A stretch of DNA of 64,000 nt, taken from NCBI GenBank assembly GCA_944391065.1, contig CALXSH010000001.1:27725-91724 (forward strand), written 5' to 3'. This document shows, piece by piece, positions 29,510 to 38,702 of the stretch. The notes under the pieces were generated by a model. The model worked only from the letters and a program-made list of their open reading frames with translations, had not been told where the DNA came from and searched no databases. Positions within the stretch are counted from its first letter, which is position 1, and each line of letters starts with the position of its first letter. Both the position numbers and the translations under genes were made by a program. This DNA is from an uncultured Kiritimatiellota bacterium (GTDB lineage: Bacteria > Verrucomicrobiota > Kiritimatiellia > RFP12 > DVOR01).

Positions 29510-29997
29510 TGTCCGATCGTATCAACCGCACCCGCGACGAACAGCCCGAGCTCGACGAGCACGTCGTTTTCGTCAACCGCTGCGCCAAGGTCGTCAAGGG
29601 CGGCCGCCGCTTCAGCTTCTCCGCCGTCGTCGTCGTCGGTGACCGCAACGGTCGCGTCGGCTTCGGCTTCGGCAAGGCCAACGAAGTGGCCGATGCCATC
29701 CGCAAGGGCACCGACGCCGCCCGCAAGGCGATTCGTCCGGTCTGCGTGAAGGGCTCTTCCATCCCGCACGAAACCTACGGTGAGTGCGACGGCGGCAAGG
29801 TCCTCCTCAAGCCCGCTCCCGACGGTACCGGCATCATCTGCGGCGGCGGCATGCGCCCCGTCCTCGAGGCTGCCGGCATCAAGGATGTCGTCGGCAAGTC
29901 GCTCGGCTCGAAGAACCGCCTGAACGTGGTCAAGGCTACGATCGACGCGCTCTCCAAGCTGCGTTCGGCCGAAGCCATCGCCGCCCTGCGTGCCTGA
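29509..29997 (+). CDS. rpsE: 30S ribosomal protein S5
   Basis: 162 aa; S5 dsRBD + C-terminal domain; TAATG overlap with rplR. Confidence 0.95.
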   Translation: MSDRINRTRDEQPELDEHVVFVNRCAKVVKGGRRFSFSAVVVVGDRNGRVGFGFGKANEVADAIRKGTDAARKAIRPVCVKGSSIPHETYGECDGGKVLLKPAPDGTGIICGGGMRPVLEAAGIKDVVGKSLGSKNRLNVVKATIDALSKLRSAEAIAALRA

Positions 29998-30048
29998 TTT
30001 TGCGCGGGCGGGGCCTCCCCCGCCCGCCCACAGAAAGGATTTCCGACA

Positions 30049-30495
30049 ATGGATCTCTCTACTCTCACCAATACCCCCGGCGCCCGCAAGTCCCGCAAGC
30101 GCGTCGGCCGCGGCATGGGCTCGGGTACCGGCAAGACCTCTACCCGCGGTCACAAGGGCCAGGGCTCCCGCAAGGGCCACAAGCAGAAAATCGGCTTCGA
30201 AGGCGGCCAGATGCCCCTCATGCGCCGTCTGCCCAAGCGTGGGTTCAAGAACCCGAACCGCATTCCCTTCTACGGCGTCAACGTCGGTGAACTGGATCGC
30301 TTCGAGGACGGCGCGACGGTGGACATCGACGTCCTTCTCGCCGCCGGTTTCGGTTACCGCGCCGCCAAGTGCGCCGGCATCAAGATTCTTGGTGACGGCG
30401 AGCTGACGAAGCGCCTGACCGTGAAGGCCTCCGCCTTCTCGGCGACCGCCAAGGCCAAGATTGAGGCCAAGGGCGGTACCTGCGAACAGATCTGA
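30049..30495 (+). CDS. rplO: 50S ribosomal protein L15 (no L30 gene between rpsE and rplO)
   Basis: 148 aa; GRGMGSGTGKTSTRGHKGQ L15 signature. Confidence 0.95.
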   Translation: MDLSTLTNTPGARKSRKRVGRGMGSGTGKTSTRGHKGQGSRKGHKQKIGFEGGQMPLMRRLPKRGFKNPNRIPFYGVNVGELDRFEDGATVDIDVLLAAGFGYRAAKCAGIKILGDGELTKRLTVKASAFSATAKAKIEAKGGTCEQI

Positions 30496-30508
30496 GGTTC
30501 GCCTAATC

Positions 30509-30552
30509 CCGGTCCGCGGCCCGATTTGGGCCGTCGGACCGGCCCCTTTTTT
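30509..30552 (+). terminator. Intra-operon hairpin + T-run (putative attenuator/partial terminator between rplO and secY)
   Basis: CCGGTCCGCGGCCC-gattt-GGGCCGTCGGACCGG then CCCC TTTTTT, 14 nt after the rplO stop. Confidence 0.5.
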
Positions 30553-30580
30553 ATGACCCGGCCGGCAATGCCCCCGGAGG

Positions 30581-31954
30581 ATGCCCATGCTTAAGACCTT
30601 TGCCAACCTTTTCAAAGTGCCGGAACTCCGCGCCCGCATCTTCTTCACCGTCGCCTTGGTGGCGATTGCGCGCCTCCTGGCCATGATTCCGACCCCCGGC
30701 GTCGACTGGTCCGCTCTGATGCAGATGCAGGCCACTCTCGAGGCCAACGCCTCCGGCGGCCTGATCGGCTGGTTCGATACCTTCACCGGCGGCGGCCTGA
30801 CGAACTTCTCGGTCGGCACGCTCTCGATCTGGCCCTACATCTCGGCCCAGATCATCATTCAGCTGATGACGGCGGTCATTCCCGCGCTCGGCAAGCTCCA
30901 GCGCGAGGGCGACGCGGGGCGCAAGACGCTCAATCTCTATATCCGCTGGCTCACGATCGCAATCTGTGTCTTCCAGGCCTTCATGATGGCCAATACGATG
31001 CTCAGCCCAGAGCGCCTCGGTGTGGGGGACATGAAGGTCGTGACGATGGATCCCTTCTGGTTCTACATCATGACGGTCATCGCCATGACGGGCGCCTCGA
31101 TGTTCGTTATGTGGCTGGGCGATCAGATCACCGTGCGCGGCGTCGGCAACGGCGTCTCCCTGCTGATCATGATCAACATCACCTCCCGTCTGCCGGTCGC
31201 CGTGGCTGACGCGGCCCGCCGCTACTTCGGCGTCGGCGGCGCCGATGCCCAGGCCACCGTCTGGGAACTCATCATGCTGCTCGTGCTCGGCTTCGCCGTG
31301 CTCCTGGGCACCGTGGCCATCACCCAGGCCCTGCGCAAGATCCCGATCCACTCCACGCGCGCCATCGCCCGCGGTTCGGCCTACGGCAGCGGCACGACCT
31401 ATCTCCCGCTGCGCGTGAACTATTCCGGCGTCATGCCGATCATCTTCGCCGGCCCGATCTTGGCGCTCATCGGCATGCTCTCGAGCCTGGAGGGAACCAA
31501 CGCGGTTTCCGACACGCTCAAGCGCGTGGGTGAGACGATCGCCGACCCGGCGAATGCGACCCACATGGTCCTCTACGGGGCGCTGATCCTCTTCTTCACC
31601 TTCTTCTGGGTGGCGACGCAGTTTAACGCGATGAACATCTCCGACGGCCTCAAGCGCGAGGGCTCTTACATCCCAGGCGTCCGTCCCGGTCTGCCGACGG
31701 CGGAGTATCTCGACGGCGTCATGACCCGCGTCACGCTGATCGGCGCGCTCTCGCTGCTGGTCATCGCCATTCTCCCGCTGCTGCTGACCGCCGCGCGCGG
31801 CATCCCGAACGACATCGCCAATTTCTTCGGCGGCACGAGCCTGCTGATCATCGTCGGTGTCGCGCTCGATACCCTCCGTCAGCTTGAGGCTCAGCTCGTC
31901 ATGCGCAATTACGACGGCTTCCTCCGTCACGGCCGTATTGCCGGCCGCCGCTGA
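30581..31954 (+). CDS. secY: Preprotein translocase subunit SecY
   Basis: 457 aa; 10 TM segments; SecY signature; alternative ATG at 30587 better spaced from the GGAGG RBS. Confidence 0.95.
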   Translation: MPMLKTFANLFKVPELRARIFFTVALVAIARLLAMIPTPGVDWSALMQMQATLEANASGGLIGWFDTFTGGGLTNFSVGTLSIWPYISAQIIIQLMTAVIPALGKLQREGDAGRKTLNLYIRWLTIAICVFQAFMMANTMLSPERLGVGDMKVVTMDPFWFYIMTVIAMTGASMFVMWLGDQITVRGVGNGVSLLIMINITSRLPVAVADAARRYFGVGGADAQATVWELIMLLVLGFAVLLGTVAITQALRKIPIHSTRAIARGSAYGSGTTYLPLRVNYSGVMPIIFAGPILALIGMLSSLEGTNAVSDTLKRVGETIADPANATHMVLYGALILFFTFFWVATQFNAMNISDGLKREGSYIPGVRPGLPTAEYLDGVMTRVTLIGALSLLVIAILPLLLTAARGIPNDIANFFGGTSLLIIVGVALDTLRQLEAQLVMRNYDGFLRHGRIAGRR

Positions 31955-31971
31955 GAACAAGGATTCACGTC

Positions 31972-32622
31972 ATGGATATCGTCATTCTTCTGGGCGCTCC
32001 GGGTTCCGGCAAAGGAACCGTCGCCGCCCATCTCTCCGCGAAGGACGCCACGATTGCCCACCTCTCGACGGGCGATTTGCTCCGCGGTGCCGTCAAGGCC
32101 GGCACGCCGGCCGGTCTCGAGGCCAAGGGATACATGGAGGCCGGCGAACTGGTCCCCGATACCCTCATCGCGCGTCTCGTGGGGGACTACCTCGAGTCCA
32201 ACGGTCAGCTGAAGACCGTCCTGCTCGACGGCTTCCCGCGCAACGTCGCCCAGGCCGACATTCTGGCCGACCTGCTGAAGCGCATGGGTCACACGCTCCG
32301 TTGCGCGCTGATGCTCGAGGTCTCCGACGCGACCGTCACGGCCCGCATCTCCGGCCGCCGCGTCTGCCCGGCCTGCGGGGCGGTCTTCAACGTCAACATG
32401 CTTCCTCCCAGGCAGGAGGGGATCTGTGACGCGTGCGGCGCTCAGCTGATCACGCGCCGCGACGACCTGCCCGAGACGGTGGCCCACCGCCTCGAGGTCT
32501 ACCGCGAGCAGACCTTCCCCCTGATCGCTTACTATCGCGAGCGCGACCTTCTCAGGACCATCGACGGCGAGCACGGCGATGTCGACGTGAAGTGCGCTCA
32601 CGTGCTCGGAGCGATCCGATGA
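31972..32622 (+). CDS. adk: Adenylate kinase (zinc-lid form)
   Basis: P-loop GAPGSGKGT; lid CPACG...CDACG. Confidence 0.95.
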   Translation: MDIVILLGAPGSGKGTVAAHLSAKDATIAHLSTGDLLRGAVKAGTPAGLEAKGYMEAGELVPDTLIARLVGDYLESNGQLKTVLLDGFPRNVAQADILADLLKRMGHTLRCALMLEVSDATVTARISGRRVCPACGAVFNVNMLPPRQEGICDACGAQLITRRDDLPETVAHRLEVYREQTFPLIAYYRERDLLRTIDGEHGDVDVKCAHVLGAIR

Positions 32623-33422
32623 TTTCGCTTAAGACACCGGACGAAATGGCTGCCATGCGCGTGGCGGGTCGCCTTATGGCCGACTTCCTCAACGCCTGTT
32701 GCGCGCAGGTTCGTCCCGGTGTGACGACCGGAGAGATTGACACCTTCGCCCGCGCGTACCTCGGAACGCTGGGCGACGGCACCGCAGTCTCCGGTTGCCT
32801 CGGATATCACGGGTATCCCGGGGCACTCTGCATTTCCGTCAACGAAGAGGTGATCCACGGTATCCCCGGCAGCCGCGTGTTGCAGCGCGGCGATCTGGTG
32901 AGCCTCGATGTCTGCGGTTTCTATCATGGGTTCTGCGGCGACAATACCCGTACGCTGGTCGTCGGCGGACCCGAGGCGCTCACCCCTGACACGCGCCGGT
33001 TGCTGCGTGTCACCCGCCATTCGCTCGAGGCCGCGGTCAAGGCCATCCGTCCGGGCATCCGTCTCTCCGACGTTTCGCACGTCATCGAGAAGATCTGCCT
33101 GGACGGCGGCTGCACCGTCGTGCGCGAATTCACCGGGCATGGGTTGGGGCGTAACCTGCATGAGGATCCGCCCGTTCCCAACTACGGGAAGCCGGGCCGC
33201 GGTCCTTATCTTCACGAAGGCATGACCTTGGCCATTGAGCCGATGGTGTGCCTCGGGAAGCCCGCCATCCGGACCCGTGCCGATGGCTGGACAGTCGAGG
33301 CGCGCGACGGCCGCCCGTCCGCGCATTTCGAATACACCGTAGCCGTACTCAGGGAGGGCGCCGAAATTCTCACGCCGTGGTACGAGGCGGACCCGTGGTC
33401 CGAATCGTGGATGGCTGAATGA
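32619..33422 (+). CDS. map: Methionine aminopeptidase type I
   Basis: 267 aa from the ATG at 32619 (ATGA overlap with the adk stop; track ORF starts at 32433); pita-bread metal ligands. Confidence 0.9.
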   Translation: MISLKTPDEMAAMRVAGRLMADFLNACCAQVRPGVTTGEIDTFARAYLGTLGDGTAVSGCLGYHGYPGALCISVNEEVIHGIPGSRVLQRGDLVSLDVCGFYHGFCGDNTRTLVVGGPEALTPDTRRLLRVTRHSLEAAVKAIRPGIRLSDVSHVIEKICLDGGCTVVREFTGHGLGRNLHEDPPVPNYGKPGRGPYLHEGMTLAIEPMVCLGKPAIRTRADGWTVEARDGRPSAHFEYTVAVLREGAEILTPWYEADPWSESWMAE

Positions 33423-33499
33423 GAAATTTTCGTTTTCCGTTGACAACGCTCCCTGAAATGATGTATATTGAGTCACTCATTTTGTAAAAGGAACAGGCT

Positions 33500-33613
33500 A
33501 TGAAAGTTCGTAGTTCGGTCAAACGCATCTGTGAGCAGTGCCGCATCGTGCGGCGCAAGGGTGTCGTGCGCGTTATCTGCACCAACCCCCGCCATAAGCA
33601 GCGTCAAGGTTAA
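33500..33613 (+). CDS. rpmJ: 50S ribosomal protein L36 (zinc-ribbon form)
   Basis: 37-aa [40 protein letters not shown]; below the track length cutoff; no infA between map and rpmJ. Confidence 0.9.
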   Translation: MKVRSSVKRICEQCRIVRRKGVVRVICTNPRHKQRQG

Positions 33614-33628
33614 TTCGGAGAGAAAAAC

Positions 33629-34000
33629 ATGCCGAGATTGATGGGTGTGGATGTTCCCGGAAGCAAGCGCATCGAATACGCTTTGCGTTACATCCACGGT
33701 ATCGGCCCCAAGCGGGCCATGGACATTGTTGAAGCGTGCGGGATTGAAATCGGCAAGAAGGCCGATGCGCTGACCCCCGACGAAATCCGCCAGATTGTTG
33801 CCTACATTCAGGAAAACTACCGCGTCGAGGGTGACCTCCGCCGTGAGGTTTCCGGCAACATCCGCCGTCTGATGAGCATCGGCACCTACCGCGGCAACCG
33901 CCACAAGCGCGGTCTCCCCTGCCGCGGTCAGCGTACCAAGACCAATGCCCGCACCCGCAAGGGCGCCAAGAAGACGGTCTCCACTGTCCGCGAAAAGTAA
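33629..34000 (+). CDS. rpsM: 30S ribosomal protein S13
   Basis: 123 aa; MPRLMGVDVPGSKRIEYALRYIHGIG. Confidence 0.95.
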   Translation: MPRLMGVDVPGSKRIEYALRYIHGIGPKRAMDIVEACGIEIGKKADALTPDEIRQIVAYIQENYRVEGDLRREVSGNIRRLMSIGTYRGNRHKRGLPCRGQRTKTNARTRKGAKKTVSTVREK

Positions 34001-34016
34001 GCTTTAGGATTCCCAC

Positions 34017-34502
34017 ATGAGCGAAGAAATCAAAGAACAAGCGCCTGCCGAAGAGCAGAAGCCCGCTGTCAGCGCGGCTCAGGCCCTTCTCGTCGTCGAC
34101 ACCGCTTCGGTCGCCGCCGAAGCCGAGGCCGCCCGCAAGAAATCCAAGGCCAAGGCCATGCCCGCCGGCATCGCCTTCATCCGCGCCACCTATAACAACA
34201 CGCTCGTCTCCATCGCTGACGCCCGTGGCGGTGTGATCTCCTGGTCCTCCGCCGGCAAGGCTGGTTTCAAGGGCTCCCGTAAGTCCACGGCCTTCGCCGC
34301 GACCATGGTCGCCCAGGACGCTGCCCGCACGGCTTACGCCCGCGGCATGCATGAAGTCGAGGTTCGTATGCAGGGTGCCGGCGCCGGCCGCGAATCCGCC
34401 GTCCGCGCGATTCAGTCCGTCGGTATTCACGTCACCTGCATCAAGGACTGCACCCCCGTTGCCCACAACGGCTGCCGTCCCCGTAAGCGCCGGAGGGTTT
34501 AA
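34017..34502 (+). CDS. rpsK: 30S ribosomal protein S11 (with about 30-aa N-terminal extension)
   Basis: 161 aa; IAFIRATYNNTLVSIADARGGVISWSSAG S11 core. Confidence 0.9.
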   Translation: MSEEIKEQAPAEEQKPAVSAAQALLVVDTASVAAEAEAARKKSKAKAMPAGIAFIRATYNNTLVSIADARGGVISWSSAGKAGFKGSRKSTAFAATMVAQDAARTAYARGMHEVEVRMQGAGAGRESAVRAIQSVGIHVTCIKDCTPVAHNGCRPRKRRRV

Positions 34503-34505
34503 TCC

Positions 34506-35111
34506 ATGGCTCGTTATACTGGTCCCCGTTCCAAAATCTCCCGCCGCTTCGGCGAGCCCATCTACGGGCCCGACAAGGTCCTTGAGCGTCGCAATTTCGC
34601 TCCGGGTCAGCACGGCAAGAACCGCAAGCGCAAGATGTCCGAATACGGCGTTCAGCTCCGCGAGAAGCAGAAGGCCAAGTACATCTACGGGATGCTCGAG
34701 CGTCAGTTCCGCATCTTCTTCGAACGCGCCAAGGCGCGCCAGGGCAAGACCGGCGACATCCTTCTGCAGCTCTGCGAGACCCGTCTGGACAACATCGTCT
34801 ACCGCCTGGGCATCGCCCCGACGCGCGCCGCTGCCCGCCAGCTCGTCTCCCACTGCCACATTGTCGTCGACGGCAAGGTCGTCAACATCCCGTCCTTCAT
34901 CGTGAAGCCGGGGCAGACGGTGGGTGTCCGCGAGAAGAATAAGACCATGAGCGTCATCGTCGAGTCCATCAAGAACCCCCGCACTTCTGCCGCCTCTTGG
35001 CTGCAGTGGGATGAGGGTAACATGGCCGGCACGCTCCTCAGCGTTCCCACGCGTGAGGAGATCCCGGAAAACATCGACATGCAGCTCATCGTCGAACTCT
35101 ACTCCCGCTAA
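34506..35111 (+). CDS. rpsD: 30S ribosomal protein S4
   Basis: 201 aa; [16 protein letters not shown]; S4 domain. Confidence 0.95.
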   Translation: MARYTGPRSKISRRFGEPIYGPDKVLERRNFAPGQHGKNRKRKMSEYGVQLREKQKAKYIYGMLERQFRIFFERAKARQGKTGDILLQLCETRLDNIVYRLGIAPTRAAARQLVSHCHIVVDGKVVNIPSFIVKPGQTVGVREKNKTMSVIVESIKNPRTSAASWLQWDEGNMAGTLLSVPTREEIPENIDMQLIVELYSR

Positions 35112-35179
35112 TCCCATTGCCATCCCCGAGAGGTATGCGGTGCGAGCCGCATGCCTCGGGTCAAGAAAGGACGGAAATC

Positions 35180-36181
35180 ATGCCGATTCGTCTGAGTCGC
35201 TTTGAAATGCCCACCCACATCGTCCGCGACGATGCCACGGTGACCGACACCTACGCCCGCTTCACAGCCGATCCCTTCGAGATCGGGTATGGCCGCACGA
35301 TTGGTAATTCCCTGCGCCGCGTTCTCCTTTCCTCGATTGAGGGCTTTGCGATCAAGGCCATCAAGATTGAGGGCGCCGCGCATGAGTTCTGCTCCCTGCC
35401 GGGTGTCTCTGAGGATGTGACCGATATCGTTCTCAACCTCAAGCGTGTCCTCCTCAAGAGCTTCACGCGTGAGACCCGTTGGATCCGTCTTTCCCGCAAG
35501 GGGCCCTGCGTCGTCACGGCCGGGGACTTCGCGGTCGACAACTCCATCGAGGTGCTCAATCCCGATCAGGTCATCGCCACCCTGGATACCGACGGCGTCC
35601 TCAACATGGAAGCCCTCGTTGGCGTCGGCCGCGGATTCTGCCTTGCCGAGGGGAACAAAGATCCCTCCTTCGACATCGGCGTGATTCCGATCGATTCGGC
35701 TTTCTCCCCGGTGACCCGTGTCAACTACGACGTGGTCAACACCCGCGTCGGTCAGCGCACGGACTACGAAAAGCTGATCCTGGACATCTGGACCGACGGC
35801 CGCGTCACGCCCGAAGGCGCGCTCAAGACCAGTGCGGCGCTGTTGCGCCACCACCTTGATGCGTTCCTCCAGGCCGACGACGACGTCCTCGTCTTCGACA
35901 AGCCTTCGTCCGCGGGCATGAATGAGACCGAAGAGCTCCGCCGCAAGCTCAATATGAGCGTCAACGAGATCGAGCTTTCCGTCCGTTCCGCGAACTGCCT
36001 CAACGGCGCGAACATCACCACCGTCGGCGAACTCGTTCAGCGCACCGAAGCCGATATGCTCAAGTACCGCAACTTCGGCCGTAAGTCGCTCACCGAGATC
36101 AAGGAGAAGCTCGAAGAGATGGGGCTCCACCTCGGCTATAAGTTCGATCCCAATCTGCTTGACAAGAATCCCAACGCCTAA
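35180..36181 (+). CDS. rpoA: DNA-directed RNA polymerase alpha subunit
   Basis: 333 aa from the ATG at 35180 (track ORF from 35117); N-terminal assembly domain and alpha-CTD (ELSVRSANCL). Confidence 0.95.
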   Translation: MPIRLSRFEMPTHIVRDDATVTDTYARFTADPFEIGYGRTIGNSLRRVLLSSIEGFAIKAIKIEGAAHEFCSLPGVSEDVTDIVLNLKRVLLKSFTRETRWIRLSRKGPCVVTAGDFAVDNSIEVLNPDQVIATLDTDGVLNMEALVGVGRGFCLAEGNKDPSFDIGVIPIDSAFSPVTRVNYDVVNTRVGQRTDYEKLILDIWTDGRVTPEGALKTSAALLRHHLDAFLQADDDVLVFDKPSSAGMNETEELRRKLNMSVNEIELSVRSANCLNGANITTVGELVQRTEADMLKYRNFGRKSLTEIKEKLEEMGLHLGYKFDPNLLDKNPNA

Positions 36182-36210
36182 CCGGCGTTCATTCCCCAAG
36201 GAAAACGACC

Positions 36211-36618
36211 ATGCGTCACAAAAGACTCGCCAAAAAGTTCGGCCGCAGCCCGGAGCACCGCGAACAGCTGATGCGTATGCTCTGCGCCGCTCTCGTTCTC
36301 AACGGCCGCATCACCACCACCCTCAAGAAGGCCAAGCAGGCCCGCCGCGATGCCGAAAAGCTCGTTACGCTCGCCCGCAAGGGTACGCTTGCTGCCCGCC
36401 GTCTTGCCGCCGCGCGTCTGCGCAGCCCTGAGGCCGTCAAGGTCCTCTTCGCGACCGTCGTGCCCCAGCAGGAAGGCCGCAACGGCGGCTTCACCCGCAT
36501 CACCAAGATCGGTCCCCGCCGCGGCGACGCGACCGAGATGGCTGTGATCGAGTGGACCGTTGCCGCTCCTGCCGCGCCCGCCGCGGAAGCCCCGGTTGCT
36601 GAAGCCGCCGCTGAGTGA
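36211..36618 (+). CDS. rplQ: 50S ribosomal protein L17
   Basis: 135 aa; MRHKRLAKKFGRSPEHR. Confidence 0.95.
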   Translation: MRHKRLAKKFGRSPEHREQLMRMLCAALVLNGRITTTLKKAKQARRDAEKLVTLARKGTLAARRLAAARLRSPEAVKVLFATVVPQQEGRNGGFTRITKIGPRRGDATEMAVIEWTVAAPAAPAAEAPVAEAAAE

Positions 36619-36641
36619 GACCGGTCTCGCAAGACCTGAAA

Positions 36642-36667
36642 AAGCGCCCCGAGAGGGGCGCTTTTTT
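36642..36667. terminator. Bidirectional rho-independent terminator (end of r-protein superoperon; convergent yolD-like gene)
   Basis: AAAAAGCGCCCC-gaga-GGGGCGCTTTTTT. Confidence 0.8.
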
Positions 36668-36705
36668 CGTTTCTTCCGCTCCGAAGGGCATTCCGCCCGG
36701 CGCGG

Positions 36706-37107
36706 TCAGGGTGGGGAGACGCCGAGAAGGTCCCGGATGGGGATGCGGGTGCCGTCGCGGAGGATGAGGGTGTCGCTCTGCGGATCGATGTGGCGGATGC
36801 TGCCGGTGACGGTGCGCCGGGATCCGCCGGGTTTCCGGGGGTCGGGGACGAACCAGGTGAAGCGGGCAGTGCGTCCTGCGGAGCCGAGGACGTACCGCAG
36901 GCATGCATCCAGACACTCGGCGGCATCGGCCTCCGGAATGGGGCGCTCTTCGGTATGGCGCGCCGCTTCGCTGACGGCCGCGGCATGTCCGCTGAGGGCC
37001 GCAAAGGGGGAGAACCGGGCGGCCCGTTCGCTGTGCGGCATCTTGGGATAGCGCGAAGGAGGACGGGGCAGCTCGATGAGGTCGTCATAAGGGCCTTGCG
37101 GCGTCAT
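36706..37107 (-). CDS. YolD-like protein (accessory protein of Y-family polymerase cassettes)
   Basis: 133 aa; immediately downstream of and overlapping the Y-family polymerase gene, as in the Bacillus yqjW-yqjX / uvrX-yolD pairs; weak family-level match to YolD. Confidence 0.5.
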   Translation of the reverse strand: MTPQGPYDDLIELPRPPSRYPKMPHSERAARFSPFAALSGHAAAVSEAARHTEERPIPEADAAECLDACLRYVLGSAGRTARFTWFVPDPRKPGGSRRTVTGSIRHIDPQSDTLILRDGTRIPIRDLLGVSPP

Positions 37108-38627
37108 GCGCGGTGTCCTCCGATTTGGGTGTTGCGCAGGCGGGCGGTGGCTCCCTCCCCGAGGCTCATGGCCTTGATGACGGCATTGCCGCCGAAGCGC
37201 CTGCGGATGTCGAGCAGCGCCTTTTGGAGGGCGGTGTCTCGGGCTTCTGTTTCGCGCTCCCGGGCGCGCCGTGCCTCGTCCTCCGCGGCCGTGAAGAGAT
37301 CGTCCTGGGTGTATTCCGGCGGGCTGTCCCCGTAGCCCTCCGGATGGGCATTCCCGGCCGAGAGGGTCAGACGGCGGACGGTCAGGAGCGGATTGACGAT
37401 CCGGTCAAAGAGGGGCATGACCGCGGCGGCAATCCGACGGGCGGATGCGGTGGGGGAGTCTATCCGGCAGCTGCCGTGGGCGGGTTTTGGCAGGGCGCGG
37501 CCGTAGCCGTCGGTGATGACGGGGCCGCAGTAGCGGGAGAAACGCTCGGGGTCGGTGATATTTTCAATGTCGTAGCCGACGGTCAGCTCGAAACGGTCGG
37601 AACGTAGGCCGCGGGCAACAAGATCGAGTGCCACGCTGTCGGCCATTTCGCGGACGACGAGGCGGGCCTTTTCGGTGGTGTAAGGGTCCATGAGGACCTG
37701 CCCGGCGCAGACGGTCCCGGCGGCCGGTCTGTAGGCGCGGATGTCGGCAATCGAACAGGGTTCCTCGCCCCAGGCATGGTCGATGAGGATCTCGGCCTCG
37801 ACGCCGAAGAGCGCGCGCAGGAGGGGTTCTCCCCGCGGATCCTCCGGAGGACGGGCCGAACAGCGGGCGACGTCGCCTAGGGTGAAGAGGCCGTTAGCCT
37901 CGAGTTTGGCCGCCGTGCCGCGGCCGAAGCGCCAGAAGTCGGTGAGGGGCCTGTGCGTCCAGAGGACGCGGCGGAAGGTGGGAATGTCGAGCTCCGCGAC
38001 ACGGACGCCGTCGGCGTCGGGTTCGGCGTGCTTGGAGAGGATGTCGAGGGCAACCTTGCTGAGGAAGAGGTTGGGTCCGATGCCTGCCGTGGCGGTGATG
38101 CCGGTCTCTTCGCGGACGGCGCGGATGATGCGGGAGGCCAGAACGCGCGCGCTGAGGCCGTGGAGACGGAGATAACCCGTCACGTCCATAAAGACCTCGT
38201 CGATGGAGTAGACGTGGAGGTCCTCGGGCGCGACAAAGCGCAGGTAGACGGCGTAGATGTCGGTGCTGATTTTAAGATAGCGGGCCATGCGCGGCGGCAC
38301 GACGTGGCAGCCGATGGCCAGGGTTGGGTCGGCGGCCAGTTCGGCGGCGTCGGCCGATTCGCCCGAGAAGCACCCGCCCTTCAGGGCCGCCAGGCGGGCT
38401 GCGTTGAGTTCGCGCAGGCGGGCCTGCACTTCGAAGAGACGGGGACGCCCGCGGATGCCGAGGGCCTTGAGGGATGGGGAGACGGCCAGGCAGATTGTCT
38501 TGGACGTGCGGCTCTCATCGGCCACGGCCAGGTGCACACCCAGCGGGTCAAGCCCTCTGTCGACGGCTTCGGCCGAGGCGTAAAAGGACTTGAGGTCAAT
38601 GGCGAGATAGACGCGCTGGTGTTCCAT
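37104..38627 (-). CDS. Y-family DNA polymerase (UmuC/UvrX/DinB-like translesion polymerase)
   Basis: 507 aa; N-terminal IDLKSFYASAE palm motif and conserved catalytic Asp/Glu positions of the Y-family. Confidence 0.8.
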   Translation of the reverse strand: MEHQRVYLAIDLKSFYASAEAVDRGLDPLGVHLAVADESRTSKTICLAVSPSLKALGIRGRPRLFEVQARLRELNAARLAALKGGCFSGESADAAELAADPTLAIGCHVVPPRMARYLKISTDIYAVYLRFVAPEDLHVYSIDEVFMDVTGYLRLHGLSARVLASRIIRAVREETGITATAGIGPNLFLSKVALDILSKHAEPDADGVRVAELDIPTFRRVLWTHRPLTDFWRFGRGTAAKLEANGLFTLGDVARCSARPPEDPRGEPLLRALFGVEAEILIDHAWGEEPCSIADIRAYRPAAGTVCAGQVLMDPYTTEKARLVVREMADSVALDLVARGLRSDRFELTVGYDIENITDPERFSRYCGPVITDGYGRALPKPAHGSCRIDSPTASARRIAAAVMPLFDRIVNPLLTVRRLTLSAGNAHPEGYGDSPPEYTQDDLFTAAEDEARRARERETEARDTALQKALLDIRRRFGGNAVIKAMSLGEGATARLRNTQIGGHRA

Positions 38628-38702
38628 GCCGACTGCGGTATTCTGTGGCTTCCCGGCGGGCTTTCGCGGGCCCTTCCGGCGCGATTATGGTAACATACCG
38701 AT

